A DNA stretch of 63,997 bases, filler included, from Barthelona sp. PAP020 (Eukaryota): assembly GCA_040182905.1 (NCBI GenBank). It is 25 parts of 25 records of this genome, joined end to end, with 100 filler letters (N's around TTAATTAATTAA, not from the genome) between each part and the next. Parts side by side here need not be neighbours in the genome. Positions count along the whole stretch, not along the records: positions 44,785 to 47,267 come from JARQWU010000830.1; positions 47,368 to 49,809 come from JARQWU010000831.1; positions 49,910 to 52,336 come from JARQWU010000832.1; positions 52,437 to 54,858 come from JARQWU010000833.1; 21 more parts are not named here. One strand, given 5' to 3'. Below are positions 44,784 to 54,958 of the stretch, piece after piece. Position 1 is the first letter of the stretch; each line of letters begins with the position of its first letter. The notes below the pieces were generated by a model, which saw only the letters and a list, made by a program, of their open reading frames with translations, ran no database searches and was not told the DNA's origin. The position numbers and the translations under genes are program-made.

Positions 44784-44966
44784 NCATTCTTCAACCAAGG
44801 TGTTGAAATTGCTAAAATGATCCAAGCCGATTCCGGAAGCACAAAATTAAAAGATTTTAAGACCTATTTACAAAAACATGCCGATGAATACCCCCAAATT
44901 AATCAACTCACATCTCAAGTCGTCGATTATGCCAAAAAGTTCCCAATGCCTGGTTTCTCCTTGTGA
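44784..44966 (+). CDS. SHMT: Serine hydroxymethyltransferase, C-terminal fragment
   Basis: Translates ..GVEIAKMIQ..TKLKDFK..SQVVDYAKKFPMPGFSL*, a eukaryotic SHMT C-terminus. Confidence 0.82.
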   Translation, partial: XFFNQGVEIAKMIQADSGSTKLKDFKTYLQKHADEYPQINQLTSQVVDYAKKFPMPGFSL

Positions 44967-45435
44967 TCAATTGTTGTCCATAACTGTGTGTCAACTTGTT
45001 TTGTAAAAGGAATATTGAGCTTTTCTCTTTTTTTTTTTTGGCAGATTGTAAATCAAAAGGAACACAGTAAATGATGAAGAAAATATTCCAAATTTAACAA
45101 AGAATGTTTCTCCCTACTGTTCCATCAAAAGATCAAAAAAATTGTTACATGAGAGAAGTGTGAAAAAGATCAATTTTTGGACAAAAACAACTGCCCAACA
45201 TTAAAAGCAGTATTCTTTCTTTGACGTTTAGGAAATAAGCGGTGAATAATTGTATCAACTGAAAATAATTCTTTAAAGGAAAGGATCAGTTAAACAAATC
45301 CAAAATGTTATTTGAAAAGATTGACAAAAGCGAAAAACTGTCAAACACTCTTGAACCAAAGAAAAATAAACAAGACTATTTTTACACGATTTTTTAAAAC
45401 TAAATAACTGCTGAAATGTAAATATCTTTGAAAAA

Positions 45436-46326
45436 CTAATTAATTTGTATTTCCTCATCATCTGAAAGCTCAATATCATCCCATTGATGTAAACATTGTC
45501 TCCAATATTTCATTTGCTTGTCTAATTGTCGTTTACCTATTCTTTGAAAGATGTTTGGAGTGTTTGGATCATTTGGCCCTCTTTTATCTTTTGGAATGGT
45601 TTTCAGATATTTTTTATAACTGGAAGTATCTTTACCAATGTCAATTTGTTTTTGACGTTGCGCAATTCTTCTTTCATTCGTTTCAATTGGAAAAAGTTTG
45701 GCTTTTGAACAAAAATCTTTTCCTTGATTGAGAATAATCATATTTTTCTCTTTGTTGGTATCTTCTTCTACTTTTTTAAAATCGATTTTTCTATTTGCTT
45801 TGGTTTCTGAAGAAACAACTACATTTAACGGAAAAGTACAAACATTATTCATAGCAGATGGACTATCAGGATGAAAATCATCGTTTGGATTGCTAAATCT
45901 ATCTGATATAGCAATAGCTGGTGCACTGGTACTTGGTCTAAGAATAACATTTGAAAACTCAAATTTGCTTTCATCTAAAGTTTGAGATAAAGATTCTTGT
46001 GTGTTTGTCACTCTAGTAAAACTTATTTCATACTTTAAATTCCAAAAGACAAAACATTTTTCAAAATTTGTTTTTTGTGATGATGGTATGCAAATAGAAA
46101 CAAATTTTCCATTTTTCCGAACTAATTCATGCCTTATTCTTCGACGAGAATAAAGGTTTTCAGATAAAGAGAGAAGCAATCTTTCATTCACATCATCTGG
46201 AATTGTATAGAATATATACTCACTTCCTCCTCTCATTTCCAATTGATTAATATAATTATAATCTTTTGGGAAGAAAAAAAGGAGAAAAAATGTTTCTTTC
46301 CCAAAAAATTGAAATTTGCAAACCAT
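45436..46326 (-). CDS. SLBP: Histone mRNA stem-loop binding protein
   Basis: C-terminal ETNERRIAQRQKQIDIGKDT..Y..Y..IPK..R....P.TP..KR..D..MKYWRQCLHQWD is the SLBP RNA-binding domain. Confidence 0.88.
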   Translation of the reverse strand: MVCKFQFFGKETFFLLFFFPKDYNYINQLEMRGGSEYIFYTIPDDVNERLLLSLSENLYSRRRIRHELVRKNGKFVSICIPSSQKTNFEKCFVFWNLKYEISFTRVTNTQESLSQTLDESKFEFSNVILRPSTSAPAIAISDRFSNPNDDFHPDSPSAMNNVCTFPLNVVVSSETKANRKIDFKKVEEDTNKEKNMIILNQGKDFCSKAKLFPIETNERRIAQRQKQIDIGKDTSSYKKYLKTIPKDKRGPNDPNTPNIFQRIGKRQLDKQMKYWRQCLHQWDDIELSDDEEIQIN

Positions 46327-46967
46327 TTTAGATTTTTTTTTCGATTGACTTTTGGTTGATTTTTTGTCTTTTGTGTTTTGTAATAGATTAAAAATGTGCT
46401 TTTAAGTGTAAATTTGCATGGAAAATAACTTTTGTTTGTTTACAGTAGTTGTCCTTCTTTCTATTTATGAAGGTTATTTTTATATTAGTATTGTAATAAA
46501 CATTAAATATTCTTCATTTTTATTACAAAATGTCATTGACAACGAAAAATTGGCTCTTTGATACAAAGACCAATCTTGAAGTTTATCATCTTGCTATTCA
46601 AGAACAAAAATGTGGTATGGAATCGCCATATCCAAATGCAAGAAAGACACCCAGGTTAGAAAAAAAGACAAAACCAAATTTAAAACAGTTTGCTTCAACC
46701 TCAAATTTATTTGAAATAAGTGAAATCAATTCAAATGTTTTGATATCTCCTTCAATATCACCTTCATTGAAATAGAAATTGCACAATTTCTTTTATTCAC
46801 TTGATGTAAAAAAAAAAAATCTTTTTTATTCTTTCTTTTCAAAATGAATAAAATCTTTTGTTTGTGATAGAAACTCTTCTTTATTCCCTTTAAAAGAAGG
46901 TTTCTAACACTTTCATAATTTTTTGAGAAAGAAAAAAAAACATTCTTTATATATGCCGCTTTAAACA

Positions 46968-47267
46968 CTAGACTTGAGATGCATCTTCAATTTTGTCATA
47001 ACCTTTCTCTTCTGTTGAAACGGTTTCCTTCTTGATACAACCCCATCTCCAGCAACCAGCGATTAGCAGAACACAAACGAGACCAGCAACCATCATTGCA
47101 TTGTAAATTCCAGCAAGTGAAGCAAATTGATATCCTGAAGCACAAACTTCAAAAGCTCCACTGTGATCACCAGCAACACATTTGTTTGCCTTACCACACC
47201 AACCACATTTTTCATTAAGGAAACATTCATCTTGTGACAACTTGGGGCAAACAGTGGGGTCAAAGAA
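46968..47267 (-). CDS. PSI-domain single-pass membrane protein, C-terminal fragment
   Basis: C..CGWC..C..G..C motif followed by a transmembrane helix and a short tail. Confidence 0.6.
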   Translation of the reverse strand, partial: FFDPTVCPKLSQDECFLNEKCGWCGKANKCVAGDHSGAFEVCASGYQFASLAGIYNAMMVAGLVCVLLIAGCWRWGCIKKETVSTEEKGYDKIEDASQV

Positions 47268-47367
47268 NNNNNNNNNNNNNNNNNNNNNNNNNNNNNNNNN
47301 NNNNNNNNNNNTTAATTAATTAANNNNNNNNNNNNNNNNNNNNNNNNNNNNNNNNNNNNNNNNNNNN

Positions 47368-48193
47368 ACCTTAATTGCTCTTCTCTCTTTTCAAATATTG
47401 TAACGTAAATTTCTTCAACGTTGAATAATAATGCATTGTCAAATATGATTTTTAAGAATCTTTCTCCTAATTTTAAACCATTTGATGTAACTTTAAATGT
47501 GCCAATTTTTAATCGCCTTTTGGGTGGCAAACTTGGTGTAACGTCACTGTAATTTTCATCTTTTTCCTCTTTCTTTAAGTATAAAAAAGCCTTAATACCC
47601 CCATCAGAAATACATATGTATGAAATATTCTCAGATTTACGATTAAACCAATCTTTAAACTCATCATAATCTTCTTTGAATGAGTCGAAGAAAGTATCAT
47701 CTATGTTTATATTTCCAAAGTATTCTTTTTTTACTGCCAGAATCTGGTATTCTTTTAATAGGGGATTTTCTGCAATACACTTTTCTAAAAAAGACTCAAT
47801 TTTAAAGACTTTTTCTGCACATCCTAATAATTCTGCTTTTCGATGAATACCTCTATCTTCTGTAATTAAAAAATCAACTCTATTATTATAAACTTCTTTT
47901 AAAATACTTGTGTCTATATAATCATTTTCGGAAGTATCTGATTGTCGTATTTGCTCTATTAATTTATCATCGGTAGACTCTGTTTGTAAAACATTGTAGC
48001 TTGCAATCTTTATTTTCATCATTTCTACAACAGTTGTGTCTTTGTATGAAGAAATTTCCTTAATAGAAAGAGGATGAACATATTTTTCAAATTTTAATTT
48101 ATCAAGCCAATTAAAGAGTAAACCTATATCTTCATTAATAACTCTATTCGCTTCACGATGAATTATTATGTTTGTATCAATCAGTACTTTCAT
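47368..48193 (-). CDS. Bacterial PIN-domain plus GNAT-like fusion protein, 3' truncated
   Basis: MKVLIDTNIII..D..IL..FLITEDRG (PIN), then FFDSFKEDY..W..K and LKIGTFKV..G..LGERFLK (acetyltransferase). Start overlaps the upstream stop. Confidence 0.82.
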
Positions 48194-48711
48194 AATTGTT
48201 TTAATTGGTTAAGAATTGTTGTTTCTCCATCGTTTACAATAAACAAAGGAATATTTAATTTGTCGGAAATTTCTTTTGCAAAAGAAATTTCCATTTTCTG
48301 CATCTTTTCAAGTGTCGATAAATCATATTTAATACAATCTCTATTATTTAATCTTTCATAGATTATTTGTGGAATACAAGACAGTACTATAATCGAAATT
48401 GGATTAATTTCATAAAAAACAGTTTCTTCTATTCTTTGAGGTTTTCCTCCTGAATCTAATAACGTGAAATGTCCATCAAGTAAATACTTTTTGTCTTCAG
48501 ATATTATTGTCTTTAGATTGACAATTAATCGTTCTTGTGTCGTTGCAAAATTTTTAACTCTTTTACTTTTTGAGACACAGATTTCATCCCATTTTAAAAC
48601 TTCGCTTGCCGATAAATGAACATAATCTAACTCTTTCGCAATCTTTTTACAAAATGTTCCTTTTCCAACCCCGTGGATGCCTCCAACAAATATTATATTA
48701 TTAGTTTCCAT
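48190..48711 (-). CDS. Bacterial P-loop nucleotide-kinase-like ATPase (AAA_17/adenylate-kinase-like)
   Basis: IIFVGGIHGVGKGT Walker A, LSASEVLK and LLDGHF motifs. Confidence 0.85.
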   Translation of the reverse strand: METNNIIFVGGIHGVGKGTFCKKIAKELDYVHLSASEVLKWDEICVSKSKRVKNFATTQERLIVNLKTIISEDKKYLLDGHFTLLDSGGKPQRIEETVFYEINPISIIVLSCIPQIIYERLNNRDCIKYDLSTLEKMQKMEISFAKEISDKLNIPLFIVNDGETTILNQLKQL

Positions 48712-49165
48712 AAATCGCGGATTGCATTGGCCACAACTTAGTTATCTCTCTCCCAAAACTACACCTGCATCCTATTTTCTCCTTTCCATGTGTAGTTTTC
48801 CCTCTCACTGTTCTCTCCCAAAACGACAGCTAAAAATAGCAATAAAAATTATACCAATACCATCATATTTTCAATATTTTGTGAAAAGTACATTCGCTTT
48901 GCTCTTATAATCTAGTGGTTGGCTAAAAGTTGGCTGTGTTTTGCAGAAGAAGATATGCTTACAAAATAAAAACAAAAACGATATTGTTGGCATGGTATTT
49001 TTTACTCATACTGTGTTATCTGCCTCTTTAGTTTTTGTAATGCTCTGCACTACCACTTAGATTCCAAAATGATGTTACCTGTATTTATTCTTGCGTAGAT
49101 TTTGACTCTTCAACCGATAAGTATATTCAACGAAATTGTATTGATTTCTTTGTTCTGACTTTCGA

Positions 49166-49414
49166 TCATTCTTTATTTATATTTATTTCAAAGTCAAAAA
49201 GCTCTTTGGGTTGTATACCAAGTCCTTTTGCCAATTCTAAAACAGTGGACATTTGAATATTTTTTTTCCCTTTTTCAATCTTGCGAATATCACTATGATC
49301 TAAATTACAGTTCAACGCTAATTTCCGGAAACTAAGATTTTGTTCTGTTCTGAAATGTTCTAAACGTTTTCCAAAAAGAAGGAGAAATTCATTTTTATCG
49401 TTAAGAATTGCCAT
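49166..49414 (-). CDS. XRE-family helix-turn-helix transcriptional regulator
   Basis: FGKRLEHFR..LSFRKLA..DIRKIEKGKKN..STVLELAKGLGI.PKELFD. Confidence 0.9.
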   Translation of the reverse strand: MAILNDKNEFLLLFGKRLEHFRTEQNLSFRKLALNCNLDHSDIRKIEKGKKNIQMSTVLELAKGLGIQPKELFDFEININKE

Positions 49415-49457
49415 ATAAAAATTGTTGAATGGCAATTTCAGCATTATGAATAAAAAT

Positions 49458-49501
49458 ATTGTGGGTAAAATAACCCACAATTGAAAAAATTATTATATTT
49501 G
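49458..49501 (+). promoter_or_regulatory. Palindromic operator plus Bacteroidota-type -7 promoter element
   Basis: ATTGTGGGT-N6-ACCCACAAT perfect inverted repeat; TATATTTG (TAnnTTTG) at 49494-49501. Confidence 0.7.
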
Positions 49502-49575
49502 TCCCGACATTACATCGGAGAAGATGTAATTTTGCGAACCTTCGAAAAGAAATTAGAAGTATTCGCTTTGAGTCT

Positions 49576-49710
49576 CGGCTTGAAAACTGGTAATTTTTAC
49601 GGAACGAGATGATAAGTAAGAAAAACTCACGACCTAGGCGTGGGTTCTCTTATCGTTCCGAGGTATACCAGTACCACAAGCCGGTAAGTTGAGCCCGCGC
49701 CCTTTTTATT
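49576..49710 (+). ncRNA. Candidate structured leader RNA
   Basis: Nested helices CGGCTTG/CAAGCCG, ACTGGTA/TACCAGT, CGGAAC/GTTCCG, GATAAG/CTTATC and AACTCACG/CGTGGGTT, followed by a U-tract. Confidence 0.62.
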
Positions 49711-49909
49711 TCCGGCGTTTATAGTTTTAATCAGCTCAACTGAATTGTTCAGGTCATGCCTCTGATCAGACATCGCTTGATAATATTGGAATAAGAAGTT
49801 AAAAAGGTGNNNNNNNNNNNNNNNNNNNNNNNNNNNNNNNNNNNNNNNNNNNNTTAATTAATTAANNNNNNNNNNNNNNNNNNNNNNNNNNNNNNNNNNN
49901 NNNNNNNNN

Positions 49910-50260
49910 AAAGAGACCAATTAATTGTTTGGAAGAAACATCTTTGGGAATGTTTTTGACATAGAGAGTATTGGGTGTTCCTCTTCTAACAGCAGCGTTC
50001 TTGTTAATACGTGCAATTCTCAATTCAAATCCGTTGAAAATTTCCAAATTCAATTCAAGCATCTTTTTAAGCATTTCATCATTTGGTAAAGTAACATAAG
50101 CGTATCTTAAAGTCTTATTCCTTTCATAATAATCCATTGGAACTTTGATGTGAAGAGTTTCAACACTCTTACTTTCTAAAAAGGGTCCAAGTTGGTCTTC
50201 TCTAACAGAAGGTGGTAAGTCACCGACAAAAAGTTGGAAAGCGTTTGTGTTGGAAGCCAT
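49910..50260 (-). CDS. PABP: Polyadenylate-binding protein-like RRM protein, 5' fragment
   Basis: LFVGDL RNP2, TLRYAYV RNP1 and a second RRM starting LYVKNI. Confidence 0.7.
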
Positions 50261-50939
50261 TTTGACAATAAATATTGATTGGAAAGTTTTTTTTTTCCAA
50301 ATGTTTTTCAATTTTTCACTTTTTTTTTCATCAATGAATTCACTTTTTTCATTGAATTTTTGCACATGTTTTGTGAATAAATTTATTTGGTTGTTTTATG
50401 AAGAAATTTGTGCTTTTCGTAAAAATACTGGAGAGCTTGTTTATCAAAATGGTCTGAATAATCAAATTAAATATGAATTTGTTTGCATTTTTGGGGTTTA
50501 TTTCCTTGATCATTAACAATTTCAGCTTATTTGTGAATAATTGTCCGGACATTTTTTTGAGACATTTTGATCTTTTTAAGCATAATCTTTTTCTCATTGG
50601 TTCAATTTATTCACGTTACATGAAAATATGATACTTTACACATGCCAAAAAATCAAAAGAATTTGGAAATCTACTGGACAACACAAAAATGGTTCAATTT
50701 CAGAAAGTTTTAAAAACCAAATTGAAGTAAAATGAGAAACACTTGTCATAAAACTTTCTTCAAAGTGTGAAAAAAAGTCTTCTTTGTGAATGAAAATAAC
50801 AGGCTAACAATCAAAAGATCGGATTTTATATAGTTGTTTTGTGGTTCAAATAATAATTGAAAGGATTTATAATTTTAGCAAGTTGGCTGATTCTTCAGAA
50901 TTGAAAAAGACTTCAAAGTTCATTTGGTGATCAATTGAG

Positions 50940-52039
50940 TGGAAAGGCTGGTGTATTTCATTCACCAAAACAGTGCCATAGATGTGCAGCTGTGATAGCT
51001 TAAAACAATGGAAAAACTGGAGTTTTCTTTGATGCTTAAGAATCATTCAAGTGCAAGAAGCACCCAAACAATTACCAGATGGTGCCACCCCTAAATGCTG
51101 TGATTGTACATGGTTGTGATCAATGTGTTGAAACTGTTGTTCCTGGATGTTTGGAAATTGTGAAGACTCAATTGTTGCAACATGAACATAAACGAAGTCC
51201 ATGATACATTTATACAAGTGGTAAGTGATTCTTTGCAGTTGTTTTTACCGCTTAGGTCACCAAAGACGAAGACACAGGAGAACATGTCTTTTGAAAGTGG
51301 GACTTTGACATTTAGTGACTTGATATTTGTTGCATTGATGAGTTTCACAAAGCAAGTAAGCAAACAACAATATTAAAAAAAAATCTGGAGCAAGAGACAA
51401 TATCAGTTGCAAAGGCAGGTATTATTACCACATCAAAGGCTAGAACTTCTATACTGGCAGCTTCAAATCCTATTGATGTGAGATTTTCTGCGTCTGAATA
51501 TATCAGGATGATTCCTGCTCAATTGTCAAGATTTGATCTTTTCTGTTTAATTTTAGATGTACTTGATGAACAAGAAGATCGAATACCAGCAATACACATT
51601 GTCTCATTGTTTTTGGATGAACTAGAAAGTCAATAAGTGATAATTTGGATGTAGAGTTTCTTACAGAATACATTTTGTTCTTTAGGCAGAAGTAAATTTA
51701 AAACTAACTCTTGAACCTGCAGAAGTTTTGAGAGTGTGTTATGTTGATTTGAGAGTTGTTGGAAAACAAAGCGAAGCTATTACTGCAGCCGTAATGAAAT
51801 TGGAATCTTTGACAAGAATTGTTGAAAGTTTATTAAAAATGGAATATCAAGGAGATATTAGAGAACATGTAAAAGAAGAAATTCGTTTGATGAAATCCCC
51901 TTTTCGATCATCTGTCACCGAAGGTCGAGGAATATTATGTACAGATACTTTGTTCACAGGGTATTCTGCTGAAGAAAAACTTAGGGTAAAAAGGATTCCT
52001 GAAATCATTGCAGAATCCTTTAAGATAGAATGTCACTGA
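50940..52039 (+). pseudogene. MCM4: MCM4-like helicase pseudogene
   Basis: Fragments in several frames: QEAPKQLPDGATP, ESGTLTFSD, ICCIDEF, EQETISVAKAGIITT.KARTSILAASNP, LSRFDL. Multiple frameshifts, stops and deletions. Confidence 0.8.
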
Positions 52040-52436
52040 AATGGGGAGAAGCCTTTTTGAGACAAATAAGTACTGATGGTGTCAGGATTTCTTTGAAAAT
52101 ATTTTCCAAAAGTTTGGAGTTTTTGAGAGCTGACAATTTGTTTGGTCTCAAGGGAGAACCAGATTTTTTAAAGTTTTTTAGTTTGTAAGTGATTTTTAAT
52201 AACAACCGTTTCATAAAAAAAAAGAAAAAAGAAATAAAGCGATTGTGTTAATTTATATGAAACTTGAATACATAGACAACCTATTTAAGCTTCTTGGACT
52301 ATGGATTTGGGTTCATCAATGTTCATTTCAATGTTGNNNNNNNNNNNNNNNNNNNNNNNNNNNNNNNNNNNNNNNNNNNNTTAATTAATTAANNNNNNNN
52401 NNNNNNNNNNNNNNNNNNNNNNNNNNNNNNNNNNNN

Positions 52437-54400
52437 CCTTTGTTGAGACACTATTTTCTCAAGTTATTCAATTGATTGGTTCTTCTTCAATATATACTGG
52501 AAGAAGATGTATTGCACTTGTAAAGACAATTCAAACCATATTATTAGGAGTTTTTCATGCAAAAAAAGGTCTTCGTAAGAAAGATGCATCTGCTAAAATG
52601 CTTGAAGATTTATTAAAATCGTTGTTTGAACAGTTTATTATGCACATTCAGCCTTTTTTTGACTATACTACTGATAATGCTAAAATTTCAATAAAGATCG
52701 ATGAAAACACTGATTTTTATCGTTTCTTCGTTCAATGTCAATTTATTATCAAATCCATAATTTCAACAAAACAGTTAAATCATTTAGTTGAACCGTATCA
52801 TGATAAAATTTTTGAAAATGTTATTAAGGGTTTGACAGAAGATAATTGGTCAATTAAAAACGGTTCTTATCATATTTTGGGAGCTTTATTGAGAAGGTTA
52901 TCAAGTTCAGGATTGTTTTCTCATTCTAGACTTTTGGTTCTGTTGTTATCAGCCTTGAATCAGAGTAATGTTAATGAGTCAACCAAATTAAGTGTATTAT
53001 GCGTATTGCAATCCATTAATTTTCATGATAGGAGTATAAAACCGTACACAAATATGACTCAGGCAAAAATTGAAAGTTTTACAAATATTCACAAGGAAAG
53101 TTTAAGATTTTTGGATTTTCTTTTAGAAATGTGTGACGATTCTAATTGGCAAATACGAAATGTGATTCAAAGGATCATTCCAAAAATGGTTCACAATGTT
53201 TGTTTACATTCCTTTAAGTTGAAACAGACTTTTGAAGGGCTAAATCTAGAGTTTAATGATGTTTTTACTGAAGAATTATTCGTAGCCAAATGTCTTCAAA
53301 AATTAAACACCAATCAGACAAATCCAAATGCGATCAATGGAATATTGGGAATATTGGGACAGTTTATGATCAGCAACAAAAATTTAGTAATGTTTCAAAA
53401 AATTTCTTCTAAAATTTGCCCAATTTATCCATTAGATGTATATTTTAAACTTAAAGGTTTCAATAATGAAGTTAACGAAATTAATAGTCTTTTGAACAAT
53501 GAGTTAACCTACCATCTTGTTCATCTGCCTGAAAGTCACATGTTTAGAAATGCAAAAGTTGATTTTGCCCGACATATTCTTAGTTGTCCCATTGATATTG
53601 CTAGTCTCCAATCAACGGAATATCTTTGTTTGTTGGCTGCTCTTGATGCTGGCATTGTTTTGAAAGAGAATGAAGAAGAATTACCGATTCCCATTTTAAA
53701 AAATGTTGAAAATTTGGTCTTTGCAGCAGATTCACAGCATGTTGATTTGAGAAACAGCCTTTTGAGTTTTTTCATCAATCATCGAATGTTGATTGACAAG
53801 ACATTGGACTGTCACTTATTGAATTTAGCTGGTGTGCTCTTTAACAATATTGCAAATGATTTAGTCTCATCATTTCATTATGATTGCATGAATGTTGAAA
53901 GATTTCATGACTTTGCTAGATGTCTAAAGGGTAAAGTGGAGTTTTCAGAAAATATTCAAGCAGAATTGGTTTTCAGCAGTTCTGATTATGTTCGAGATAT
54001 GGGTTTGACTCTGATTGGTTCAAATTTGTTGGAAACTTTTCAAACTTTTGAAGTTTTTCCAGATGTGGATCAATCCATCGATATTTTTGACACAATTGCG
54101 ATAGCCAAAGAAGAAGGATTTTTTGCTGGCAAGTTTTATTTTTTGGATATGGAAAATATGAAAATTGGAAGTTCAAAAAATAAAACCTTCATAAAATATG
54201 TTGAAAAAGTTTGTGAAACTTTAAAACTTTTGACTAAGAATGAAGATTTCATTGGAATACCCAGATTTGTTTATAATGTTTGTCAACTTATCATTTTAGA
54301 ACAACAAAATGTAATTGATCTTTTACAGGATAACAAGCACCCTTTGATTTTGTACTTTTTGAATAAAAATTCAAGGTCATTATTTACATCCAGGTTATAA
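52437..54400 (+). CDS. THADA/Trm732-like HEAT protein, C-terminal part
   Basis: NWSIKNGSYHILGALLRRL resembles the DUF2428 W..RN...F.AL..R motif; a later NWQIR motif is also present. Confidence 0.55.
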
Positions 54401-54714
54401 AGTCTCTTTTCTTTTTTTTTTTCATTTAAATTTCTGCTTTTGGGGGTATCTTCATATAGTCTCCTTTTTCTTTTCTTTTCTTAAAGTGACATTTCTCTTT
54501 ATTAAATTTGGGACAAGAATCAGGCCAGAAACTGACACTTTCATCCTGCTGAAAGAAATTGAAATATTTGTTCATTTTGTTGTGACAATCCATGAAAATT
54601 TGTAAATGTGGGAATTAGATGAAAAATCAGAAAAAAAATAAACGTATTTACACATTTACAAAACATAAAACAAACGTTTTTCAACAAAAATTCATTTTCT
54701 TTGTAACTAAATTG

Positions 54715-54858
54715 TCACTTCTGTTTCTTTGGTTCAACAATCACAAAGCCTTCCATGGTAGAGTTTAAACTAACTAAATCTCTGTCTACTAATTCACAAG
54801 CCTCACCATAGGACAAAACAACTGGAGAATTTTGTGTTTGGAATCCGGTAACTGTTCT
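54715..54858 (-). CDS. RPN1: 26S proteasome subunit RPN1/PSMD2, C-terminal fragment
   Basis: Translates RTVTGFQTQNSPVVLSYGEACEL..MEGFVIV. Confidence 0.88.
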   Translation of the reverse strand, partial: RTVTGFQTQNSPVVLSYGEACELVDRDLVSLNSTMEGFVIVEPKKQK

Positions 54859-54958
54859 NNNNNNNNNNNNNNNNNNNNNNNNNNNNNNNNNNNNNNNNNN
54901 NNTTAATTAATTAANNNNNNNNNNNNNNNNNNNNNNNNNNNNNNNNNNNNNNNNNNNN

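Noticed and set aside
47368..49809. Bacterial operon integrated in the eukaryotic chromosome
   Set aside because: Bounded by linkers with no host sequence on the contig; contamination or co-binning is the simpler explanation.
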